From positions 1 to 64,000 of the forward strand of contig JYFJ02002452.1 in NCBI GenBank assembly GCA_000934665.2: a DNA stretch of 64,000 nucleotides, read 5' to 3'. The notes under the pieces were generated by a model. That model was not told the origin of the DNA. It made no database searches and was given only the letters and a program-made list of their open reading frames with translations. The DNA comes from Catajapyx aquilonaris (Eukaryota). Below are positions 11,876-23,665 of this stretch, piece after piece; the first letter of the stretch is position 1; each line of letters begins with the position of its first letter. A program made the position numbers and the translations under genes.

Positions 11876-12941
11876 ATGCGAGGCCCAATCAGTTTTTGGT
11901 TTTTGGTCATTACATCGTGTCATGGAAAGACTTTCGGTCAGTCATTGGTCTCATTACCATTACATCATAGTCATTTGTAGTAACTTTTACTTTCATTTTT
12001 AGAGGATGTGTACAAAATATGTGACGGTGTACCTGGCGAAGAGTTGGAACCATGTGTTATCAAACTGATTAATGACCTACGACCTCTGATTAAAACAGGT
12101 AAGTGACCTCAAATTAACCATTAGCAGTTTACAATTTTACCAAATTTTCAAGGCATACCTGAGTTAGAGCTGAGACCCGAAGAACTACCATTCGATCCAA
12201 CTGAGGTCAAAGGTGACGATGGTATCAATCGTGTGAAAGCACGTTTTGAATCAGGCAAAATAAAAGGGCTAGAAGACTTCAAAATCACTCATCTTAAGTA
12301 AGTCCTATTTTACAACTTAAAATCCTAGTGTTAACTAATATATTTTGCCAGAATGGATTACCAGAATAGAGCTGCAGTTTGGGCTATCGTTCTACCAGAG
12401 TTAACTATGACCTGTGGATACAATATGGATGCAAATATCATGTACTTTGAATTGTTCGGAAAAGGAAACAGTCGGATTCGATTTGGTAAGTTTACATTGT
12501 TGTAAGTACGGCTACCAGTATATGTGAATGTTATGTTACAGATGACATGCACATATATGGAGAATCTAAGCTGGACCTTTTGGAAATAGATGGAAACTAT
12601 CGTCTTCAGCAAATAGATGCTGACATAGCGTTCAGTTATAGCAAAGCAGATATGAAACTATCTGGCATGTACAACGGCCATGCAGGTCGACGTAAGTCAT
12701 TACTGGCAATACGTTACTGTTTTTTATGATAATATGCACAAAAAAAACTTCGACAGAAAAAGCTGCTGTTGACTTCCTGGAGGACAATGTGGACGTGGTC
12801 ATTGACCACTTGAGACCAGCTATTAGGAAAATATTTGGACAAGTCATCGGCAACGTAGTCAACAAATCTATGGGCAAAATTGACCTCAAAAACTTGGCTG
12901 GAAGTGTGTTCATCAAGGAAGCATTTTTATTTTCACCATAG
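11876..12941 (+). CDS. Takeout/JHBP-like secreted protein (more divergent paralog), 6 exons
   Basis: MRGPISFWFLVITSCHGKTF, YKICDGVPGEELEPCVIKLINDLRPLIKTG, GIPELEL, KLSGMYNGHAG, EKAAVDFLEDNVDVVIDHLRP, ending EAFLFSP-TAG. Confidence 0.85.
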
Positions 12942-13058
12942 TAATGTATAGCCTAAGTACATAGCGGCTGTTACATAACAATACAAGATGTTGTAACTGA
13001 ATATTGTAATGTGACCCTTTATTGTCCCAACTACAACTACATGTTTGCATACATGTGG

Positions 13059-14374
13059 TCATGTACTACTGGCAGTGTCCCAGACTCATCTTGGTCTGGT
13101 CAGCAAGAAGACCACCCAAGTTGGTGCAGTAAGCGCTAGAGAAAGTGTGTATGAACTTTGACCCATCAACCAGCCATGCCTCGGTACAGTTGCATTGCAG
13201 TGGATTATCTAAACAAAGTGAACCAGGTAATCAACAATGGACTTGCATAGTTGCTGATCACTCACCATACACATCCACAAATGGGTCGTAAGCAGATTCG
13301 TTGACCACAGGATACCAAGTGTCCTTCGGCAAATGGGTCAGCTTGTTTGACCCCAAGTAGATCCGGAATTGAACAAGGTTGCTGAATCCACCAGGGCTGA
13401 CAATTGTGATGTTATTATTTTGCAGATAAATTATCATCTTTGATGAATATGGGCTAATCTCAGGGTTGAAGTAGAATCCTCCATGTTGGATTACTTGTAT
13501 CAGATTGTTCCTCAGGTTCAATGTCTTCAGGAGGACCAGACCAGCGAAAGCACGTTGTCCTATGGTACGTATACGATTGTTGGATAAGTCTAACAAATTC
13601 ATGTCATAATTGGTGACCGAAAAGGCATCGTCTGGTATGGCGTCAATCAGATTGTTGTGAGCATCGATGTAATTCAGATCGTTCAAGAAGTCATTCATAC
13701 TCTCGAAGGAAAAGCTGACCACTTTGGTTCCAACTGCAAGACAACGGTGAATATTGTGTAAGGGTTAATAGCTCATCCCTCCTGACCCCTCAAGATCACT
13801 CATGGTCGTGGTCCAGCAGGTTCGGGCTACTCATTTATTGCGACCAGCCCGTTTCACGACTGACTCTACAAGGTCCACACCCACAGGAGCCCTCCTGACG
13901 CATCTAATGAGAGAAGTCAATCAACCTGGTGACAACTTACCTATAGTAATACCCGACATCTCTTCACTCATTCCATTGAAAGCATCTGCAGTAACGCTCG
14001 TAAAACCAACGTTTTCTAATGACACACTGGTGGCCATCAGATTTCCAAACATGGATCGAGAGAGGGCACCACTAACTCCTGGAGAGTCAAAGACACGAAA
14101 TGTGTCCACCTTCGGCAGGGTTCCAGTAATCTTCTTGAAGGTGTCACTGTCCGTCACGTTCGAACAGGTCAAATCAAGAGAACTGCCATATTCACACTGC
14201 AATGTTAAGTTACTGACTTAAGTAGCCTACTCTTAAGTACATGAACCTTACCGAGCACATGGGTGCCAGATGTTGTATGACTGGAGCACAAGGGTTGTCG
14301 CCCACAGTGGCTCCAGAGACCATGGTCACCAACAGTACCAGGCAGCACATCCTTGTTGAAGACTTTGAATCCAT
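13059..14374 (-). CDS. Secreted leucine-rich-repeat protein, copy 1 (resembles Oplophorus luciferase 35-kDa subunit-like LRR proteins)
   Basis: Signal peptide plus Cys N-cap (DNPCAPVIQHLAPMCS/CEY..LDLTCS), LxxLDLSNNxI repeats, and LRRCT cap DNPLQCNCTEAWL. Four exons, no TM helix, stop at 13059-13061. Confidence 0.85.
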
Positions 14375-15016
14375 TGTCACAGTATAATTATGATGGGGAA
14401 GTTTCAATTGTCCTTCTTTTTATAGGGCCATCATATATGTACGTCATTGCGGCCATTTTGATTTTCTGATAATAATCTGTTGAACTATGATATTATTGCG
14501 ATATATAAACTGAATTACGCACTTCCTCCTGTTATCCTTGTACTGTACAGTATATCGGAGGATAAATATTGCGTTATAAGGAAAACCTATATGAATTTGG
14601 CTCAAAACCTCGGTGTATGGCTTTTTAAAATCATATATACAAACCAGATACAAACATACATATCTTCACGGCATTGTCCCAAAGATGGGCACAGCGATGA
14701 CATGGTGTGCAACACTTTGCCATCTCGTTTGGTATTAATAATTAAAATAATGTAGGCATGTTCAAATGCAGGAAGGACAAAGTTTGCTACAAGATTATTT
14801 TATATATTTTTTAAAAAACTGACATCAATGCCAACCGGAAAGCAAGATTACATCAAAACACATTGATTTATTATCGATTCAGGAAAGACCATTGGGTAAT
14901 AACTTTCGGGAAATTTTCTTTTCAACAGTAATTCCCCGCTTAGTTATATTTTTCCTGAATAATAGTTACACAGGTACTTTGATTAAGAGAGATTAAGATT
15001 AAACAACGGAGTACAT

Positions 15017-15268
15017 GGCTAATCAAAGCTGGATCTGTTGGTAACAGATGGAAACTATCGGCTTCAGCAAATTGATATGCTAACATAGAGTTCAGCTATA
15101 GCAAGGCAGACATGAAACTATCTGAGATGTACAATGGTCATGCAGGTCGACGTAAGAGCCACACATTACTGTTTCAAAATAATGCTTTACTAGGATCCAG
15201 TTGCCAAAATTTAGCAGAAAATTTGGCAAAAGTGCGAAAGTGGAGGCTGGAAGGGGGTGGGAGGGAGG

Positions 15269-15299
<31 letters not shown>

Positions 15300-15846
15300 N
15301 GGAGAGAGGGAGAGCACACCGCGACATCCGACGGCTATGTGCAGAAGTAAGCGAATCGGCCGCACCCAGCCCGTAACGCCACCCAGCCCGTAACGGCAGA
15401 AATGGGAATTCAGTGGCCGGCCACTTTTTTTTTTGCGTTTTTAAAAAGTTTTTCATTCTTTTGAGCTTTACGAAGTTTCTTGGCACCGTTTCCAATAAAC
15501 AAAAGTGGTTTGCAAATATAGAAAACGCGAGATCAGTTTTGACATCACTCGCAATGCAGTAGGTCGTACACAGCGGAATGAGTTGCCCTCACAGTAGGGT
15601 ATTAGGCTAATATAATAAATATACGATGATAATAATCTGCAAAAAAAAAAACTTCGGCAGAAAAAAGTGCGATTGACTTCCTGGAGGACAATGTGGACGT
15701 GGTCATTGACCACTTGAGACCAGCTATTAGGAAAATATTTGGACAAGTCATCGGCAACGCGGTCAACAAATCCATGGGCAAAATTGACCTCAAAAACTTG
15801 GCTGGAAGTGTGTTCATCAAGGAAGCATTTTTATTTTCACCATAGT
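15017..15846 (+). pseudogene. Duplicated 3' fragment (exons 5-6) of the 11876-12941 JHBP gene
   Basis: Near-identical to 12560-12941 but lacks exons 1-4. Exon 5 has a 2-nt insertion (attgatatgct versus atagatgct), and the intron carries a ~430-bp insert with (GA)n. Confidence 0.8.
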
Positions 15847-15951
15847 AATGTACAGCCTAAGCACATAGCGACTACAATACAAGATGTTGTAACTGAACAT
15901 TGTAATATGACCCTTTATTGTCCCAACTACAACTACATGTTTGCATACATG

Positions 15952-17187
15952 TCATGTCCTACTGGCAGTGTCCCAGACTCATCTTGGTCTGGTCAGCAAG
16001 AAGACCACCCAAGTTGGTGCAGTAAGCGCTAGAGAAAATGTGGCTGAACTTTGACCCATCAACCAGCCATGCCTCGGTACAGTTGCATTGCAGTGGATTA
16101 TCTAAACAAAGCGAACCAGCAGGTAATCAACAATGAACTTGCATAGTTGCTGATCACTCACCATACACATCCACAAACGGGTCGAAAGCAGATTCGTTGA
16201 CCACAGGATACCAAGTGTCCTTCGGCAAATGGGTCAGCATGTTTGACCCCAAGTAGATCCGGAAGTCGTCAACCAGGTTGCTGAATCCACCAGGGCTGAC
16301 AATTGTGATGTTGTTGTTTTGCAGATAAATTGTAAGCTTCGTTGGATACGGGCTAATCTGAGGGTAGAAGTAGAAACCTCCATGTTGGATTACTTGTATC
16401 AGGTTGTTCCTCAGGTTCAATGTCCCCATGCTGAGCAGACCAGCGAAAGCACGTTGTCCTATGGTACGTATACGATTGTTGGATAAGTCTATATAGCCCA
16501 GGTTATATTTGGTGACCGAAAAGGCGTCGTCTGGTATGGCATCAATCAGATTGTTGTGAGCATCGATGTAATTCAGATGATGCAAGAAGTGATTCATACT
16601 CTCGAAGGAAAAGCTGACCACATTGGTCCCAACTGCAAGAAATTGGTGAATATTGTGTAAGGGTTGACCTCCTTAGCACATCCCTCCTGACATCTAAAGG
16701 GAAGTCACAATTAGAAATATCAACCTCATGACAAACCGACTTACCTATAGTAATGTGCGTCATCTGTTCACTCATTCCATCGAAAGCATCTGCAGTAACA
16801 CTCGTAAAATTAATATTTACTAATGTCACATTGGCGACCATCAGATTTCCAAACATTGATCGAGAGAGGACACCACTCACTCCTGGAGAGTCAAAGACAC
16901 GAAAGTTGTCCACCAGAGGCAGGGTTCCAGTAATCTTCTTGAAGGCGTCACTGTCCGGCACATTCGAACAGGTCAAATCATGAGAACTACTAGAATTGCA
17001 CTGCAATGTTAATAAATTATTAGCAACATATTAGCCCACACATGAAGACGAAGACATGAACCTTGCACATGGGTGCCAGATGTTGTATGACTGGAGCACA
17101 AGGGTTGTCGCCCACAGTGGCTCCAGAGGCCATGGTCACCAACAGTAGACCCAGGCAGCACATCCGTGTTGAAGTCTTTGAATCCAT
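15952..17187 (-). CDS. Secreted LRR protein, copy 2
   Basis: Same four-exon structure as copy 1: MDSKTSTRMCCLGLLLVTMASG, YIDLSNNRIRTIGQRAFAGL, NPLQCNC cap. Confidence 0.85.
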
Positions 17188-17500
17188 CGTCACACTATGG
17201 GGAAGTTTCAATTGTCCTTCTCTTTATAGTGCCATGTACGTCATTGCGGCCATTTTGATTTTCTGATAATAATTGCAGGCAGATATCTGTTGAACTATGA
17301 TACTATTGCGATATATAAACTGAATATCGTCTTTCCTCCTGTTATCCTTGTACAGTATGTATATCGGAGGGTAAATAATTATTGTGTTATTAGGAATTTG
17401 GCTCAAAAGCTCGGTGCACAATACAAGACGTTGTAACTGAACATTGTAATATGACCCTTTATTGTCCCAACTACAACTATACTAGTTTGCATACATGTGG

Positions 17501-18653
17501 TCATGTACTACTGGCAGTGTCCCAGACTCATCTTGGTCTGATCAGCAAGAGGACCATCCAAGTTGGTGCAGTATGCGCTAGAGAAAGTGTATTTGAACTT
17601 TGACCCATCCACCAGCCATGCCTCGGTACAGTTGCATTGCAGTGGATTATCTAAACAAAGTAAACGATATAATAAACAATGGAATGACAGTTTCTAATCA
17701 CTTACCATACACATCCACAAACGGGTTGACAGAGCTGTTGACCAGAGGAAACCAAGTGTCCTTCGGCAAATGGGTCAGCTTGTTTGACCCCATGAAGAAC
17801 TGAAAGTTGTCACCAACGTTGATGAAGGCACCAGGGCTGACAATTGAGATATTGTTGTTTTGCAGGTAGAATGTATGGTGCTGCATCACAGCGTAGAAGA
17901 AAAATCCTTCAGGTGGAATGATTTGTATCAGATTGTTCCTCAGGTCCAACGTCTTTAAGACGATCAGACCAGCGAAAGCTCGTTGTCCCACTGTACGTAT
18001 CTGGTTATTGGAAAGGTCCAGAGATACCATGTACGGTTTAACGACAGAGAAGGCGTCATCTGGTATGGCATCGATCAGATTGTTATGAGCATCAATGTAC
18101 TTCAGGTTCGGCAAGTAGTGATTCATACTCTCGAAGGAAAAGCTGACCACATTGGTTCCATCTGCAAGACATAATGGTTGACCTTCTGTTTCAACCTGAT
18201 GACATGTATGTGCCTTACCTATAGTAATATCAGTCATCTTGTCTCTCATTCCATTGAAAGCATCTGCAGTAACGCTCGTAAAGCTCATATCTTCTAGTAC
18301 CACACTCTTGACCACCAGATTTCCAAACATGCTTCGAGAGAGGACACCACTCACTCCTGGAGAGTCATATATAAGTAAGTTGTCCACCTGAGGCAAGGTT
18401 CCAGTAATCTTCTTGAAGGTATCGCTGTCCGGCACATTCGAACAAGTCAAATCAAGAGAAAAGCCATAGTCGCACTGCAATGTTAAGTTATTAATGACAT
18501 TCGTACACTCAGCCTATACATGAACCTTACAATGCACATGGGTGCCAGATGTTCTACGACTGGAGAACAAGGGTTGTCCTCCACAGTGGCTCCAGAGGCC
18601 ATCACCAACAGTAAACCCAGACTCCACATCGTTGTTGAAGTCTTTGAATCCAT
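17501..18653 (-). CDS. Secreted LRR protein, copy 3
   Basis: MDSKTSTTMWSLGLLLVMASG, SLDLSNNQIRTVGQRAFAGLIVLKTLDLRNNLIQ, NPLQCNC cap. Intron 2 happens to be in frame, giving the 260-aa ORF. Confidence 0.85.
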
Positions 18654-19697
18654 CGTCAAAAGAGATGAGAAAGCTTCAATTGGCATTCTTTTTATATGGC
18701 CATGTACGTCATTGCGGCCATTTTGATTCGCTGATAATTACAGTCTGTTGAACTATGATATTATTGCGATATTTCATCTGGATTACGCACTTCCTCCTAT
18801 TACCTATCGGAGGATAAATATTGCGCTATTATGAAAACCTACATGACTCAATTTTCGAGTAATTTGGTGTTGACCTCCCCGAGGTCAAAAACAAATTGAA
18901 GACAAAATGAGTGACCTAAGGAACATGAAAATATCGATAAATTTCCATTGACATTAAAAAGTTGATTTTTGTTGCATAGTGTAATCGTCTATTAGTATAG
19001 GCTACAGTACTATAAAATAATGAAAATAATATCGCATGTTCATTTTCAGGTCAAAGTTTGCTGTAAGATTACTGAAGTAAACTAACATCATGCCAACCGG
19101 AAATCGATATTGAGTCAAAACACGCTGATGTATATTATCGATTTAGGAAATGGCATTGGGTGATAACTTACGGGAAAGTTTATTTTCAAGAGTAATTCCC
19201 CGCTTTAGCTATATTTTCTCTAAATAATCGTTACGTGCACGTAACTATTATTTAGGAAAAATGTAGTCCTCATCATCATGCCACGCATAATGAAGCATGT
19301 CCTTGAACTTGACTTTTCACCTCATTAGCAATATTACCTTAGGCCATAGTTGATTGGAGTGACACCCTGACATTTTAACGTCACATATGGCCTTCCCCAT
19401 TGCCAGCTGATCGTCACATCCTTTCGAATCACCCTGTCGCTGGAGTGATGATACGGTACCTGTTGCTCTTGCTACACACATTTCGTATGCCATTACGGTG
19501 TACTGTACATTAATAATGGGCATGTTTTCTGGCGATACACCTCAGCACTCGGTCAAGGTGAAAGTGAAGGTAGAGCAAAACTACCTTGATAGAGTGCTGA
19601 TGGTTGCACCACTTCGGTACTCCGGTACCTTCAGTGTCCCAGGTACGAGGGGTTATTCACTAAGGGTAGTCCGTGTACACCTTCGTAGGTATCCGAC

Positions 19698-19829
19698 GGT
19701 AGTCCGGGGTAGTCCGATAGGTAGTCCGGGAAGTCCGGCCGGGACTACCCGAGAAGTCCGAGTAGGCCGGGTAGTCCGAGTAGTCCGGGGGTAGTCCGGG
19801 GGTAGTCCGGGGGTAGTCCGGGTAGTCCG
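19698..19829. repeat. Degenerate minisatellite, 9-10-bp unit GGTAGTCCG(G)
   Basis: About 11 copies of (g)tagtccg(g) with one inverted unit (gggactaccc), within a larger low-complexity ggtac/gtacc-rich tract. Confidence 0.8.
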
Positions 19830-21409
19830 CATACAGGATTATGCAAAAAAATGTTATATGTGATTAATGTGAATAACCCCTTGCCCATGGTAGGCTACTC
19901 TTAGGTAGACCTGGTAGGGCCTACTCCTTATAGGTACCTGGTAGGTACCTGGTACTCCGTGGTACTCCTTGAATTGGGTACCAGTATACTTCACAGTAGT
20001 TGTTAACCCCTATGGTTGCATAGCCCCAGGATACATTCGTCCCATTTTTTTACTGCCTCATTTGCATAAGGTGCGTCATCATGTCATTCAAGAAAAGTCA
20101 CCTTGACACACCTGCACAGGAACACAAAAAACAACAAGGCAAATGCAGTCAGCCCCACACTATGGATTTTCTACTTCCCCACCACTACAGTAGATTCTAT
20201 TTTTAAATCACTGCCGTAACTTTAGCCTCGCTCAAAATCGAATTATTGAACAAATCCTAACCGCCACTCTCAGCTAATCAACCGTCACTAAAGAGCAACC
20301 ACACAAAAAATCTGCAACACTAATAATAGCCCACTATACAGAGGCGGAATCAGCTTAAAGATCAAACCCACCAATCAGCCGTCTCCACCCCCAATTTAAT
20401 TCAATTTATCCCCTAATTAATTTTAACACATTAATTTCGCTAATATTAATTCACCCTGCCCGAATTCGAACCCAATTCGAACCCCCCTCCCTCCAGCCAT
20501 CTTGGATCATCCCGGCCGCCGCCATCTTGTGTCCACCCTTCCCGCGCAAACTCGGCCGCAATGCATGCCGGCCTGCCAGACGACCCTGGCAGAAGACTCT
20601 AGGGGCCGTCCAATCAGATCCCTCGCCGGGTCCGTCACACCTTCCCCCTCCGCCCCCCAGAGGGAGAGGGGGGAGGGAGGCTGCGCTGGGTGAGGGAAAA
20701 AGGATCTCTCTGGTGGCAATAGAAGAGAGGGAGGGAATAGAGAGGGAGAGAGACGGGAACCCCCCTACAGCTTTATCGATAGCCGTTTTCTGCCCCACAC
20801 ACACCGCACCTCTCCACCCACCAGACAGACGACACGAGAAGGAGGTACCAGGAGGAGGGTTCGTCGGATTCGAACACAAGTACGCATAACAGGGTGAGTA
20901 CGGGTCATGTATGAAGAGGGGGGAGGGGGGTACATTTTTAATGGGGATTACCAATGTCAATTACCTGGAACATGCTATGGTCATTACGTTGCTGCTGTTG
21001 CGGTGACATGCGGTATGTCAGCGGCATGGACCGTACTATGCAGCAGAGCCGGTCTGCCCACTGGCTACACCATTGCTAGGATTATGCCGTGATGTACGGC
21101 TGGTTAAGCCGTAAACCCCAGTTCTTGCGGAATAGAACCGGGGTTTCATCACAACCACCGCCGCATAATGAACATACCAATACTAAGCGTATTGCACAAA
21201 ATATTAGTATTTTCCTTCAAAGGTTCGCAAATGGTAAGTCCGTTACTCTGCGGTGTGGATGAGGGGTCAAACGTTCCGAAACGTGCCCAAGATTGTGTTT
21301 GACACGAGCAATTCGCCCTGTATATGCAAAACAGCACAGGTCGTAACTAGTGACTGGACATCCGTCGGTGATTCTCAGACAAGGGGATAACCACTACCCA
21401 AAAGAGTGT

Positions 21410-21848
21410 AGTGTTGGACATTAATTGCTAGCGACATTTTCCGAACCAGCAAAAGAACGAATCGAATATATAGATAGTGCAACCGTGAGTCGCTCTTCTG
21501 CGCTTCGGAAAATGTCACTAGCAGTATGACTCGATTAACCCGGATTAACCCTGGAACTGTGCCGTGCCTACGAGTATTACGGCAACCGTGCCATGGGGTC
21601 TTGTCGGACCCCACCATATTTTAATTTTTATTAATTATTATATAATACTTTTCAATGTATTGACTATATGCAATCATTCTTTAAACAATGCCTAAAAGGA
21701 TCGCTCATTCAAAATAAACATGCACTTCCTGTTAAATACTGTAAAAAAAATGGCAAAAGTTCATTGTAATGATCATTTTTAATGCGTTTTATTCCTTGGG
21801 GTCCAAAAAGACCCCACGGCACGGATCCAGAGTTAAGGTCCAACACAT
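21410..21848. mobile_element. Family A MITE interrupted by a nested element
   Basis: Left end agtgttggacattaa; the right TIR is split as ...atgactcgattaa (ending ~21538) and ttaaggtccaacac (21833-21846). Confidence 0.75.
21549..21832. mobile_element. piggyBac-like MITE (TTAA target)
   Basis: TTAA|ccctggaactgtgccgtg ... cacggcacggatccagag|TTAA, with subterminal ggggtc..gacccc palindromes at both ends. Confidence 0.75.
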
Positions 21849-23115
21849 ATACCAGTTTCTGGAACCTAAAAGGAAATGTAACTCCCAATGGGGTAATGCA
21901 AAAAAAAAAAAAAAAAAAAAATACAGTTTCTAGAACCAGCCCGGTTCCGTGAAGTGGTTACCCCGTCGTTCTTGGAGCAGCAATGTATTATCAGGTGACG
22001 AAGTGCTGTTATCATGCAAAGACAGCTGCATGATAACTCGTGAATCACCTGGCGACTCTGGCGGTGTCGGCTTCTGTCTGTTTTAATTATACACAATCAG
22101 AACTGCTAGCTTCAGCGTATTAGTGAATTACCATCAGCTCCGCAGGTATTGTTAAGATGTATTCTTCAAAAATTTGGAAAAACAAGGTGGGGTGATTGCA
22201 GTATAAGTAGGTTGAAAATGTAGGGCAGCTATTGCTAGCCTGTCTCCCCCGGCCGCTTGTTGAACGCGGCCCATTTGATTCCGCATGTGCTGTGGTGTCA
22301 CTGTAAATAGGAAACAGCCATGCCGGTTGTAAACTGCAGGTGTTACCTATATGGTAATGAGTCGTATGTTTCCATCGACCGTAACAGATTTTACAGAAAT
22401 GCGTTTCTTATTGTCCTCTATTGTTGCCATTGTGGCATCACAATTCAAGTTTAGTCCCAGCACCACCTGCACACCCTGTCTGTTGCCGCTGGTAACCCAG
22501 CAGGATTGATACGCAGGGGTAGGATTGATTTCTTGGTTGCCAGTGGCAGCAGGCAGGTGGTATAATTTATTCCAAGAATAAATCCAGTTGATCTTATTCC
22601 GGAGCAGTTGAGTATCCGTCATCCGCTTGGAATATTGCAGGTATATTCATATTAATTATATCTTGGGGGGTTTATTCCACTATTCAAGGCCATTAGTCGT
22701 CTACGGCGCACAGCCTTACACAAAACCGCAATAATTACCCTAGTTTTATTGCACCTGGAAACGCATGCAAACAGGAAAGCTCAGGTTGTTAGGCGATGCT
22801 TGTTGTGGCAGCCTAAACAATTGCCTTCCAGAAGCACTGAACTAGGCTTCCATTCTCCAGGTTTCTTCAACGGCGTGGGTGCCCTAAAGCTGCGAGATTT
22901 CTTTTTCGGATTGAAGGTTATTAGCATTGAGAGCTTCCTGTGTTTTTAACTGGCTTAAAAAGTTAGGGATGTGGTTGATTAGATCCCCAAGGCCCAACGG
23001 AATGGGAAATTAAGTTGGATGGGCACTCTTTGATTATTGCTGGCCATGAGATGACATTTCTGATTACTGACCCTTTTCCCTCTTGTGTTTTCAGAAGTGA
23101 CAGCTAGCAGCGAAG

Positions 23116-23665
<550 letters not shown>

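Noticed and set aside
19698..19829. CRISPR-like array or the 98-aa ORF over the repeat
   Set aside because: Units are adjacent with no unique spacers, the context is eukaryotic, and the ORF is only translated minisatellite.
20451..20960. 169-aa and 120-aa ORFs
   Set aside because: Low-complexity Pro/Gly/Arg translations of a GC-rich repeat-like tract with no domain signal.
21250..21290. Hammerhead ribozyme-like ggatgagggg...ccgaaac
   Set aside because: The core is TGGATGA rather than CTGATGA and I could not form stems I and III around a cleavage triplet.
21300..21370. HDV-like ribozyme on the minus strand (hairpin followed by GCGAA)
   Set aside because: No P1.1 GG or consistent P1/P2/P3 pairing upstream.
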